Shown here: positions 1 to 11,440 of the stretch, one piece after another | How the letters are laid out: each line of letters starts with the position of its first letter | Position numbering within the stretch: the first letter of the stretch is position 1 | Assembly (NCBI GenBank): GCA_013265495.1 | Contig: MU058636.1 | Location: forward strand, 992,091-1,056,000 | Source of the DNA: Vicugna vicugna | Taxonomy: Eukaryota | DNA: 63,910 nt | Reading direction: 5' to 3' | Notes under the pieces: model-generated | The model's input: the letters and a program-made list of their open reading frames with translations, nothing else | The model's database searches: none | What the model was told of the DNA's origin: nothing | Position numbers and translations under genes: made by a program

Positions 1-480
1 GGCGCTGCCCGGTGCGCGCCGCCCGGCTGCGGGACAGGCGCCCGCCCTCCCGGCCGCAGGTGGCGCCCCGGCCTCGGCCCGCGCCCCATGCACAAGCCGG
101 GGGCTGCCCGGCGTCTGGGACCCTCGCGTCCCTCCGGGCTGCGCGCGCCCTCGCCGCATCTGGCCCAGTCCCCGCGTGCCCGCTGCCCGGGTCCGGCCCT
201 CTCTCCTTGGCTTCGCCCTCTCCGGCGCCCGGTGCCCCCTCCCTCGGGGCTGCGGGCGTGCGTAGTCTGGGCCTCGGCAGCCCGAGTGCTGGGAAAGGGT
301 CGGTAGCCCGCGAGTGGCGCGCTGCGGGGACGGGGCGCACGCCGGGGCCACCTCGCGGGGATGCATCCTCCCCCGGAGGCTTTCCCCGCGCGGCCGGCGG
401 GGCCGCGGGGCCCGGCTCTCGCGCCTCCTCCGCGCCGGAGCCTGGGCGAGCGGAAAGCCTTTGCCTCTCCGTGTGGTGCT
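1..480 (+). promoter_or_regulatory. WASF3: CpG island at the 5' end of WASF3 (promoter/exon 1/start of intron 1; truncated by window edge)
   Basis: Very GC-rich with dense CpG (ggcgctgcccggtgcgcgccgcccggctgcggg...), falling abruptly to AT-rich sequence after ~550. It lies upstream of the WASF3 exons. A possible exon-1 donor CCG|gtgcgc at 11/12 is unverified. Confidence 0.8.
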
Positions 481-2109
481 TACAGGCAATGGCGATTTCT
501 CCTTGGTTCAGCCTCTCTGCCGGGGATAGTTCCCTGGAGGAGAGCAGAGTTCTTAATTATTAAGAAACTAAGCCCAGGGTTTAGGAATGAATGGAGCATC
601 TCAGTTCTCAGCTGCTATTGGGCGGATTAGGAATTCCTTCTCATTTGGGGATTAATTTAAAATTTGCAGTTACTACCAGCAATAATTTCTGAGTTGTTAA
701 AACCTGACAATTAGAAAGGCCCGTTTTCGCTTTGAAGCTGTTCAAATGAGATGCATCATGGGGCAGGAAATAGTAACTCAAGAATTGGAATCCACATTTT
801 TTAAGGGAAGGAGCTAGCCATTAGACATTCTTTGCATCTTAAAAATTAGGTTTGCCTAAAACTTAAAATGTCTGCTTCTCTATCAAAACTAGGTTCAAAG
901 TATTACCATTGACTTCTCTGTTGCCTCTAGGGCGGATTCTGTTGAACTCCGGATACTTCTTTTTGTATATGCTTTACCTAACTTTGCTTTTCTAGCAGTG
1001 AAACAATGTGGTGATTCTTTAAAGCTGGTTCTTTTATCTGCTTGAGAGGTTAAACAAAAGAAAGCTGGATTTGGCTTTTCCCATAGGCAGCTCTCATTGT
1101 GTGTCTGGTCTCCTTTCTAAGAGTGTCCACGGAGTCCTCATTTTTCTTCATTTTTAAAGACCTTCTTAATTTATATTCATGAGAGTTGTGCCTTTTCAGA
1201 TGTTTCAAGCTCACTAGGTTGGAAAGTTCGGTTAGCTTTATAAATTTACTGTCTGATCTGTCATCACTGTGTTCTTAAAACAGTGGAAAGAAGCTTGTTC
1301 TAGAACTATCTACATATAAAAATTGTCCTTCCACTTCTGGTTACTGACATGAAGTTGCTTTACAGCAATGCTTTATCTGTTTGCCTAAAATTTGTGGCCT
1401 AGCAGTCAGTGATACGCTACAGCATTTTTACAGAGCCTGAGCATAAGCGTGCAGCAACACACTTGTCTGAGTGGTCCTGCCAACACCGTGACCTCCCGTC
1501 TCTTCTTAGTGTGTCCTTCTAGGTAGATGTGCTCTACCCTTCCTGTAAAAACCTTTCGGTTATTGGAACGTTTCCATTAAAACAGTTGCCTGTTCTGAGT
1601 ATTCAGAGAATTGTCTAAGCCGGTGAGCCAGTGCTAGTGGTCTTTGAGAGTTGCCAGAACTTTCTCTGAGGAATAATTGAGGTTGTGTTTTCCGCTCATA
1701 ACGCTGTCACCATGTGTTCTCGGGAGCGCGTCCGGGCACTGTACAGACCTCAGATGCTCATTTGTGTCTTCAGTCCTTTTTTCTCAGAGACCGGTTTTCC
1801 TCTTTAAGGTCGGGTTTTTGTGGGACCTGCTCTTGTCGTTGGGCACAAGCACCCTGCTTCAGGGCTGGTTCCTTTCCCTGACTTGATGTAGGCTGGTAAT
1901 CCAGGATGATTGTATACCAGCAATGCATGAGTAGTGCGCACTGTGCAATAAAGAGTCGCTCTAGAGACAGGCGGGTAAGACGTCTCGGTTCCCCTTTCCT
2001 CACCTGTGGCCGCCCTAGTCCCGTTTCTTTCTCCAGAGGCGACCGCACTTCATACTGTGGGGTGTGTGTAGCCTCCCAGATTTTTTCTAATATATTTTTT
2101 AAAATTTAA

Positions 2110-2940
2110 AAACCATTTAGTGAATGCCTGTGAAGCCTCAGGCACTGTTTTAATACCGGGGTTGCAGAAATAAGAGGTGAGAGCTTTCAGGATGTTCATG
2201 GTGTTGCGATGCAGTTTCCGTGTGGTGTGGTCAGCGAGGGGACAGGGTCAGCAGTGAGGGACATGGGAGCATCACACAAGTGGCCGGATTGACTCCTTCA
2301 CGGGCTTTGCTCATTCAGTGTACCCCAGAGTTTATAATGCTTTCTGGGGACACAAGGGTCACAAGGCAGACACCTCTGTTCAGCGCAGTCTCGGCTGCTG
2401 TTAGCCGTCGGTTATAAGTGCGGCGTGCAGTGAGTGCCCGGAGCCAGCCGCTCCAGGAGCTTGTAGGATGATCACCAACCCGAGCTTAGGGGCTGTTCAG
2501 GGAGATGAGAAAATCCTCCCTAAGAAGTCCAAAAGGGGACTTAGAGACTGGGCTGAGGAGAGGGAGTATAGAGAGAGGCTGGTCGGGGAGATGGTGCTTT
2601 GGAGCAACTAATTTGCATCCTGGTTAGAATGTTGGTGTGGCGGAGGGCAGGGCAGTGGGAGAAAGAGATAGGAGGGGTGACTGGGGCCACGGAAAAGTTG
2701 TGAGTCCCGTTGCGTGGAGTTTGGCCTCCTCTGTGAGTTCTGGGAAGCAGTGGAAGAATTCTGAGCCAAAGATGGACACAATCAGATGTGCCCTTGGAGG
2801 ACGGATGGACGGGCAAGGCTGGGAGGAGAGGGACTTGGAGAGGTGGGATGTGGTTGTTGGTTGTGGGGAGGCATTGGGAGAGGGTGGGGTAGGGGACAGG
2901 GCCAGTCCTGGCTGGGCGGTTGGTGGGTGGCGGTGCTGAC
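2110..2940 (-). mobile_element. Degenerate L2 LINE fragments
   Basis: Begins catttagtgaatgcctgtgaagcctcaggcactgtttt..., resembling the L2 3' end in reverse, followed by the purine-rich tracts typical of antisense L2. Confidence 0.45.
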
Positions 2941-4553
2941 TTTGGGCAGCAGGCATCCCAGGGGGAAGATGGTGGCACTGTCAAGTTCATGGTGCCAATG
3001 GGACATGGTACTGAGTGGGCAGCATTGGGATCTGGATATCGGGAGGTGCCTGGACTGGAGACACACGCGTGAGACTTCTTAGCACCGGCTGCCAAACTCC
3101 CTGCCACGTGAACTTGCAGGGAGACTGTGGCATATTGACTTGTGGCAGGAGATGCAGAAGCCGGTAGCACCTGTCAACCCTGTGGGAACCACCTGCTCGG
3201 AGTGGTCACCAGTTTCTGCAGTCGTTTGCACCAGGTTCCTTTTGACGACATCATCTTTGCAAGGCTGGGTTTGCACTGGTCGCTGTTCCTTGTGTGAATC
3301 AGTGTGGAACAGGCATGAAGGAGGTCGTATCCAGCCTGACTCCAAGATTTGAGAAACTGTAAGGTGTTCTACTCGTGCACCCAGGCCGTTAGTGGTTTAT
3401 TTAAGAGTGAAGTAAATATACCATCTTCTGTCCGTTGAAGTGTGCTTTTTCAAACGGGTGCTGAGTTGCTGGGAGATAAACGCTTGTTATTTGACCACGT
3501 CTGAGGATTCCGCTACTCAGTAGGCACCTCTCCTCGTATTCAGCGGTGCAGTGAGCAGAGCGTTCCGGAACCTCGACTTCTGCCTGCGTTTGCTGGTGGA
3601 GGCAGTGGAGTAGATTGGGTTATTCAGGAAGCATGTGTTGAGTGAGAAAAGGGATTGGGTAGGATGGGTTCTGAGCGATTCGTGTTTAAAAGGTAGGTGC
3701 CTGTGCTGAGACTGAAAGGATGGGGCCGGGGACACGAATGGTGTCTGGGAGCCACGGTGCAGGCAAACCTCAGCAAAGAGGGATGATAACATAGGTGACA
3801 GCAGTGGTGACTCAGTGATGGGGACAGGAGCGAGGCGGCCAGTTTGTAAGAGGTTTTCCTTGTGTGCAGCGGCCAGGAAGTGGGGGGAGTGTGGTGGTGA
3901 AAGGGGACGGAGGGTGCTGGGTAAAGGGGAAGTGTTTTTTTAATAGAGGGGTTTGAGCATGTTAAAGGCCCGAGAGAGACAGTGCTCGAGAGAGACCCCC
4001 CCCCCCCCCCATAGGTGCTGGCTTCAGAGTCTCCACTGGGATTAGCCCTGGGACGCAGGGGCTGATTCTGACAGGAGACGTCTCGGGGAAGCCTCACCGC
4101 TGGGGGAGAGGGGGTGACGGCGCTGCAGGGGGAGCCAGTCGAGGGAGGCTGGGTTTGGCGGGGCTGGTGTGGGGCGACTTTATTTTCTCTTATCGAGACA
4201 ATTCTAAGGTGCTGTTTTCCTTTTAAGGCGTGCTTTTCCCGAGGGTGTGTTCGCCTTCCCACGGCCTTGTCCTTTTCTAGGTCCTGGTGTCCTGGAGGGC
4301 ATGCTGGTGGTGACTGTCCTCGCTGGGGCCGTCCTGTCCTGGCAGAACTTTCTCTGCTCCTCACCTGAAGGCCCGTCTTGTTTGTTTTGTGTCGGAGCCT
4401 GTCTCCCTGACTTAATAGATGTCCCTAGATAAGAATATTTTCCTATACTCAGAAGTCACTCCTCGTCTTTGGAGCCAGTCTGTTCCTTTTCTCCTTGTCC
4501 GGACCTGGGCCTCTTCTCTTTGACGTTAGCTCTTGGCTTCTCTTGACTTTTGA

Positions 4554-4556
<3 letters not shown>

Positions 4557-4590
<34 letters not shown>
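4557..4590. repeat. Poly-T tract (34 nt)
   Basis: Uninterrupted T run seen directly. Confidence 0.95.
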
Positions 4591-4598
<8 letters not shown>

Positions 4599-7289
4599 AC
4601 ATCCTGAACATCCCAGGGTATTTTCTCGTCTTTCGGGTCTCCTTCAGAACTCTGGGCCTTGACTCAGAGCTCAGCATCCGGGATGATTCCTCAGCTTTTT
4701 AACTGTGAGAGTTTCCCTTGCGTCTGTTCTTAGAGCGCGCTCTGACCTCCTGGAGCAGTGGCCTTGAAATTAATCTAGAGGTGTCTTCTGTCGCGTTATA
4801 TATTCTGGAACTTTTTCAGTGTTTGTTTATTTATTTTCTTTTAGTTTTTGCTTTCTGCTTCTTTCCGAGCGGCCCACAAACGTTTGGTTGCCTGCTTTGT
4901 ACCATTTTGATTACTAGTGGCGACGCTGTTGATGTCGCCAAGAGTCTGTCCTCAAAGAGCTAGGGAGGCCAGAGAGGGTCGATTGTCTTGTTAGCTGTAA
5001 ACTCCTATTGGGCAGGAACCAGACCGTGCGGTGCCTGTCTCGGTAGGCTTGTTCTGGCTTTGGGAAATAACCTCCTGTAGAGACTGCGTTGGGTCACAGC
5101 CTTTGCTCAGAGTGGTAACACTGGCTGCCTTCCCCTAGGTATTGTGACCTCTGGTCTTTAAGTGCTTCTGGTTTCTGAAACCCGTATTGGACTTGTAAAA
5201 GTTGTGCTCTGGTGCAAGCCGAAGATTTCGGTATCTGCTGCGGCGTTTCCATCCTGGTTCGTCTCCCAGCCTCCTCTCAAGCAGGTCTGGTACCCACTTT
5301 GCGCGCACGAACAGTGCAGTCCTGTTGCAGCATAAAAGTGTGGATGTGACTGAATGTGAACTGGAGTCCACATGGCCGTATATTATCAGCTAAATGGATG
5401 AAACAGTGTATTCTTTGCACATGGAAGAGCTTCATCAAATACCTTTTCACTGACTGAATATGTTCCAAATTTGGTTCATGGCTATAAGCAGAACTCTGTC
5501 CCTGCTGTGTAATTTTAATAACTTGCTCTGAGTCATTTTGCGCTACTAGTAACACACTTATTGTTTCAGTTCCTTTGTGCACAGTCGTTTTTGGTGTTTG
5601 CCTGTTTGGTGATGTAGTCCTGGGCTGGGGGATTACTAGGCAGAGTTCAGCTTTGAATTGACTTTGTAACTCTTTGCCGCCCAGTATTCTTTCCTCAGTT
5701 TAGAATTAACGCTTTCGGAGAGGCTCAGGGATTTAAAGTTGCTCCCTGTGTGCATGGAAGGGGTAGTGTCTGAACACTTAGGGAGCAAGGTATCTAGTCC
5801 TGGGGGAGGGGTGACATTAACCAGAGAGGTTGCAAGGAGAGAGGGAGCAGCTCATGTTGATCTCATCCTGGGAGAGGCTGTGCACAGCCTAGAAGGAGGA
5901 GGAACAGACTCGCTTTCCGTCTCTACAAAGTAAGATCTTAATTTGAGGGGAATGATTGCAATTTTTCAATATAGGACATCCATCTATTTCAATATTGCCA
6001 TCTATTTCAATGGCAATAGGAAAACAAATGTCTTATAACCATCCTTCTAGATTTAAAACATATCTTGGTTCTTCGTTTTCCATAGTATTTTTGTATTTGC
6101 ATTTTGTACATCTTTTAATTACCCTGATTATTGATTTAAAGACCAGCAGTACACAGAAAGCCCCAAATTCCCCTGTCACCCGTCTTCATATTTTAACTAC
6201 ACACTGCAGTCAACTTTGATTCCAAAGGCCCTACTAAAGCAGGACTTGCTCTGTGAGATATTCCAGGGAGGAAGACTGTTGAAATGTTACTCCTTTTTAA
6301 AGGTTGGCGTGGTGATTTTGAATGGTCACAAGGTTTATCAGCGATGCTGAAGGCCCAGTCCCTGCCTGAGATGTAATTAAAAATGGATAGCTTCTGCACT
6401 GGGTGTCCATTGCATCACACAGGCTAATAGAAACCTCCTCCATTTCTCATCTGTCTGGTTCCTTGCAGGCCGTCCCTCCAAAAAGAAAATTACAGACACA
6501 ACAAAATCTCAGGGCGTCATTTAAAAGAATTGTGTACGGAAGAGGCATTAAAGGGTTTAGAACAGAATTTTTCTTTTAAGCTGTATTTATGGCTACTTTT
6601 TCCTGCTATGCAGTTTAGAAGTTTGTGGTTTTATTTCTGAGGCTGTTTAGTTTCTTAAGATTGGCAGATTTCATCTCAGACAAACAATATTGCCCTGCAT
6701 TTTAATGTTTATTCAGCATTTTTCTCTTTGTGGACACTGATATAACTTAGATCAACTGTGTAGTGGAAGTTCCAAGTTTTGTTTAAATGGAATGTGTCCT
6801 ATATCCAAATAGTGGGGATTTGTCTCTCTTGGCCTCCATTAAATAAAGATGTGAATTAACTTACGGGAAATCCTCATAATAATAAAGCTGTAAGCTGTGT
6901 ATAAATAGTGAGAATTAAAACTCTGTGAGGATCAGGAATTAAAACAACAAAACCTGTGCTTTCAGTGACAGTCAAGCCTCCCAAGTCAGTGTTGTAGACT
7001 TGGCGGCTTTAATAATGCAAGCCGTCAGTGACTCAGCATGGGAAGCATCTCTAGGCTGGCAGTGGTGTGTGGTGGAAGCTCTGTAGAATTCAGTTTATTC
7101 CTCTACTTACAGGTAATTTCAAGGCTATTGTATTCTGCCTCCTCTTGATGCTTGAAAGTGTGGGTCGTGTGGATTTTTTGCTTTCCTTATAGATGTTTTG
7201 GAGGGAGGTTGTACGGAGAGATTTGAAATCAGATGGACAAAATCCTCTAAGCCTGGAAGTCCTGCCAGGCCAGCTAATCTTAATATCTA

Positions 7290-9580
7290 ATATTGTCAAG
7301 GATGTTACAAGAAAAAAGAATTACAAGACAGTCTCATTCATGAACATGCCTGTAAAAAATCCTTAAAAATAACAATTAGATCTGTCAGTGTAAAAGGGTA
7401 ATATATCATGAGCAATTTGTGTTTATTCTAGAATGCGGTGTTGGTTTAACATTCAAAATCCAATATATCCCACCATATTAATGAAGGAGAAAAAACTATG
7501 CAGTCATCATTAGATGCAGAAAACACTAAAATTTAATATGTATTCACGATGAAAAACTTTTAAGCAAACTAGGAAGAGTATCAGAAAACTTATAGCAAAT
7601 ATCTTATTAATGATGAAATAATGAAAAGTTATCCTCTGAAATCAGGAATGAGATAAGGATGCTTTTATTACCACATTTAGTCAACATCATGCTGTAGGTT
7701 CTACCCAGTGCAGTAGATTAAGAAAGAGAAATAAAAGATACAAGAGTTAGAAAGGAAGAAAAAAAAAAACAATATATGCAGGCAATACTATGTGTATGTA
7801 GAAACATGCAGAAGAAGTAGTAAGTTATTAGACTTAAGATGTATGTTTAGGATAGTTGCTGGGTTCTCATAAACAATTAGAAAATGAAGTAAATAAAGGT
7901 TTATTTATGATAGCATTAAAAATCCAAATATATAGGAGTAGAGCCAGCAAGAAATTTAACAATAACTTTACATTGGAAACCGTAAAATATTTAGAGAATT
8001 TAAGGAAGAGGTAAGTAAAGGAGGAGTATACCATGTTCATGGATTGAAGGACTAAAAACAGAGATGTCAGTTCTCTCTACATTGATCCGTAGATTGTGTT
8101 CAACCCGAGTCCATAGCCTGAGAAATTTGGGGTGGTGGTGGAAATTGACTATTTCTAAAATTTATTTGAATGTAGAGGGCCAAGAATTTTAAGATGCTCT
8201 TGAAGAATAACAGGTGGCAGGACTTGTCAGATATCAAGAGTTTATAAAGTCACAATATTTAGGAAGTGTGGTATTGGCATAATTATAGGCAAACAGGTTG
8301 ATGAAACTGAATAGAAAGCCCTGAAACAGACCCACACATGTAGACATTTAATTGTTTAGTGCAAAATAGTTTGGAAAGGACAGTCTTTGTGATAATTGGC
8401 ACGTGATCCTGAGGTGGATGTCCGTAAGTGACGTTTGACCCCTACCTTACACCATGCATAAAAATCAATGCCAGAGAGACTATAAAGGTGAAAGATAAGA
8501 AAAAAAATAATATAGGATAGCTTCATGGCCTGGAGTAGGGGAAAATGTCATAAACAGGAAGCCCTGACCATCAGTAGATGCTAAATTCAACTAAATTAAG
8601 AACTTCTGTTTGTTAAAATATACCACTAAGACTAAAATGTAATCCATAGGCTGGAAGAGAATATTTGAATCACAGGTAAACTGACATGTCTTCTACCTTG
8701 AAAATTGAAAGAACGGCAGAAATCAATAAGAAAACCAGCTAATCCAACAGAAAAAAATGGGTAAGAGATTGGAGTAAGCCCTTTACGGATATGCAAATAT
8801 AGACATACACATGGCCAGTGAACATATGAAAAGAAGCTTAAACTCATTAGGATTTGGGAAGTACAGATTGAAATAATCCTGACCATAGAGTCATCAGATT
8901 GGCTAAAATTGGAATGACCAGCAGTCTGTCGTGTGGACAACATTGAGCACCTGGCGCTTGTATACCTGATTGATGGATGTGTAAATTGGTACAAACATGT
9001 TGGAAAATTGTTGAGCGTGGTTTACTAAAGTTGACAATTCACATACCTTATGAACCAGAATCTCTTCTGGGTATACAAACCCCCACCAGAAATGTGTGAC
9101 TACCAGGATACATGTGTGGTGCTATTTGTAGCATCATTGTTTGTAATAACCCCATTTGGAAACAACCCAGATGTTCATCAGCAGTAGAATGATTAAGTTG
9201 TGGTGTATTCATACACTATTCGGTGACAGAAATGAAGAAAAATTAAGCTACATGCAACAACAATGATAATCTCACAGATTTAATGTTGAGCAAAAGATGC
9301 TAGATGTAACAGAATCCATAACTGTGAGATTTCATTTAAATAAAATTAAGAAGAGATGTTAGGAGGAAAGTGGTTACCTTTGGGATGGAGAAAAGATTAA
9401 TATCTGAGCGGGGCATGGTGGGCACTTCTGAGGGCACTCACAATGCCCTATTTCATGATCTCAATGGTGGTCACCTGGGTTTGCCCACTGTGTGACAGTT
9501 CTCCAGACTGTACATTTTTGAGGCCATGAACTTTTCTGTGTATGTGTAATACTTCCAAGAAAAAAGTTTTAAAGGTTTAA
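7290..9580 (+). mobile_element. Old L1 (L1M/L1ME-like) ORF2 3' half plus 3'UTR, degenerate
   Basis: A-rich. Recognisable L1 segments such as ataccatgttcatggattgaaggact, gtgtggtattggcat, aaacagacccacac and ggaaacaacccagatgttcatcagcagtagaatg. No intact ORF. Confidence 0.85.
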
Positions 9581-10019
9581 GTAGAAAAAGAAAAGGAAGG
9601 AGATATTTGAGTATTCTAATTTTTTTAATGTAACTGAAAAAAAACCCCTCTGTTTTCACCTTGGCAATCTGGAATTTCTTTAATAGCTGGATTTATTTTA
9701 TAGATTACATTTATACTTATGTTTGGATATAGCTCTCCTTTTTAGTTCATGTCAAGTTTTAATTTGACTCATTTTTAAGTGATAATCTTGTCAGTGATAA
9801 TCAGCTTAGTTTTTGAGCCAGCTCCTCCCCTCTTCCTGTCTCTTGGGAACTTTACTGCTACATACTTTGGAATGATGGTACATCATATGCTTATGTAACG
9901 TCTGTTCTTGCTGTCTTGAGAAAGATATAAGACAGTGGTTCCCAAATTTGCACAAAAGAATCACCTGAGGATCTTAATTTCATTTTTGATTGTTGCCTAT
10001 TCTGTAGAAAAACACTTGA

Positions 10020-11440
10020 CTTTTTTTAAAAATAACTTTTTATCTTGAGACAGTTGTAGACTCAGGAAGTTGCAAGAGTGGTGCAGAGAGGTCGTACGTA
10101 CCCTTCACCCAGATTCCCCCAGTGGTAACATCTTGTATAACTATGGCACATTATCAAGACCAGAAAATTGACATTGGTGCAATCCATAGACCCTATTCAC
10201 TAGTTTGTGCTAGTGAATTTTACTAATCTGTACATGCACTCATTTGTGGTCCTATGCACCTTAATCTCATGTAGGGTCATGTAACCACCATTGAGTTGTG
10301 GACTGTCATTCCCACAAAGGAACCCCTTCATGCTTCCTCTTTGTGGTCACTGCGGTTGATTGCTGTGTATTGATCTGTATCTTGTGACCTTGTAGAACCT
10401 GTCTTTTAGTTCTAGTAGTGTCATCGTGGATTCCCTGGGACTTTCTGCATGTAGGATCATGACATGCAGTAGTCATGAAATTGACTAGCAAGGCAGTTTT
10501 AATTCTTTTCTGATCTGGATGGTCTCCTTTTCTTTTCTTTTACTGCTCTGGGTGGAAGCTCCGTTACAACACTGAATAGAAGTGGTGAGAATGGGCATTC
10601 TTGCCTTGTTCCTGATTTTAAGGGGACGGCATCAGCCATTCACCACGAAGTATGATGTCAGTTGTAGTTTTCATAGATGCCCTTTATCAGGTTGAGGAAG
10701 ATTTTTTTCAATTCTTAGTTTGCTAGGAGTTTTTAATCACAAATGGGTGTTGGATTTTGTGAAATGCTTTTTCTGTGTCTATTGAGATGGTCCTATGATT
10801 TTGTCCTTTATTAATAGGACATACTGTACAAATTGATTTTTTGGAGGTTAAACCAACTTTGCATTCCTGGGATGAATCCCATTTGTTCGTGGTATCTAAT
10901 TCTTTTTATATGTTTCTAGATTTGGTTTGTTACTATTTTGTTGAGGATTTTTGCAACTAATTCATGAGGGATATCAGTTTGTAGTTTTCTTGTGATGTTT
11001 TGGTCTGGCTTTGGCCTGGGGGTAAAACTGGTTTCATAGAATAGTTAGGAAGTATTTCTTCTTCTAGATGAATTTGTGAAGGATTGGTGTTTCTTTTTTA
11101 GATACTCATCTGTGAAGCCATTTGGGCCTGAGCTTTTCTCTGTGGGAAGATTTTAAATTACTATTTCAGTCTCTTAACTTGCTATATGTTTATTCAGCTT
11201 TTCTCTTTCTTTTTTTAGTCAGTTTTATTAATTTATATGTTTCCAGGAATTTCCATTTTCATCTAAGTTGTCTAGTTTGCTTGCATAAACTTCTTCAGAG
11301 TGTTCCCTTAGAGTCCTTGTGAACATTTTTATGGCTGGTAGTGATCAGTGTTTTTTCTTTTGTTCCTGATTTTGCCAGCTTGTGACTTCTCTTTTTTCAC
11401 GGTCAGTCTAAAGGTTTGTCAGTTTTCTTGATCTCCTACC
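10020..11440 (-). mobile_element. Old L1 (L1MC-like 3' end joined to an ORF2 RT-region fragment), antisense
   Basis: ttttatcttgagacagttgtagactcaggaagttgcaag...cccttcacccag is an L1MC-type 3' end in reverse. gaatagaagtggtgagaatgggcattcttgccttgttcctga and ttggattttgtgaaatgctttttctgtgtctattgagatg are antisense ORF2. Confidence 0.85.

Noticed and set aside
12..563. 183-aa Pro/Ala/Gly/Arg-rich ORF and overlapping ORFs at the window start
   Set aside because: Non-ATG start and low-complexity composition, as expected from stop-poor GC-rich CpG-island DNA. No recognisable domain.
2541..4364. Long minus-strand ORFs (209 aa and 246 aa)
   Set aside because: They are Pro/Ser-rich translations of G-rich, partly L2-derived intron sequence with no protein-family resemblance.
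5980..6011. Short tandem duplication ccatctatttcaat x2 (similar: ctagatgagatc x2 near 21556-21580)
   Set aside because: Two-copy micro-duplications typical of replication slippage. There is no repeat-spacer array, so nothing CRISPR-like.
7290..11440. Oppositely oriented L1 ORF2 fragments as a long dsRNA stem
   Set aside because: They belong to different old subfamilies, look heavily diverged and have homologous parts ~3 kb apart, so stable pairing is unlikely.
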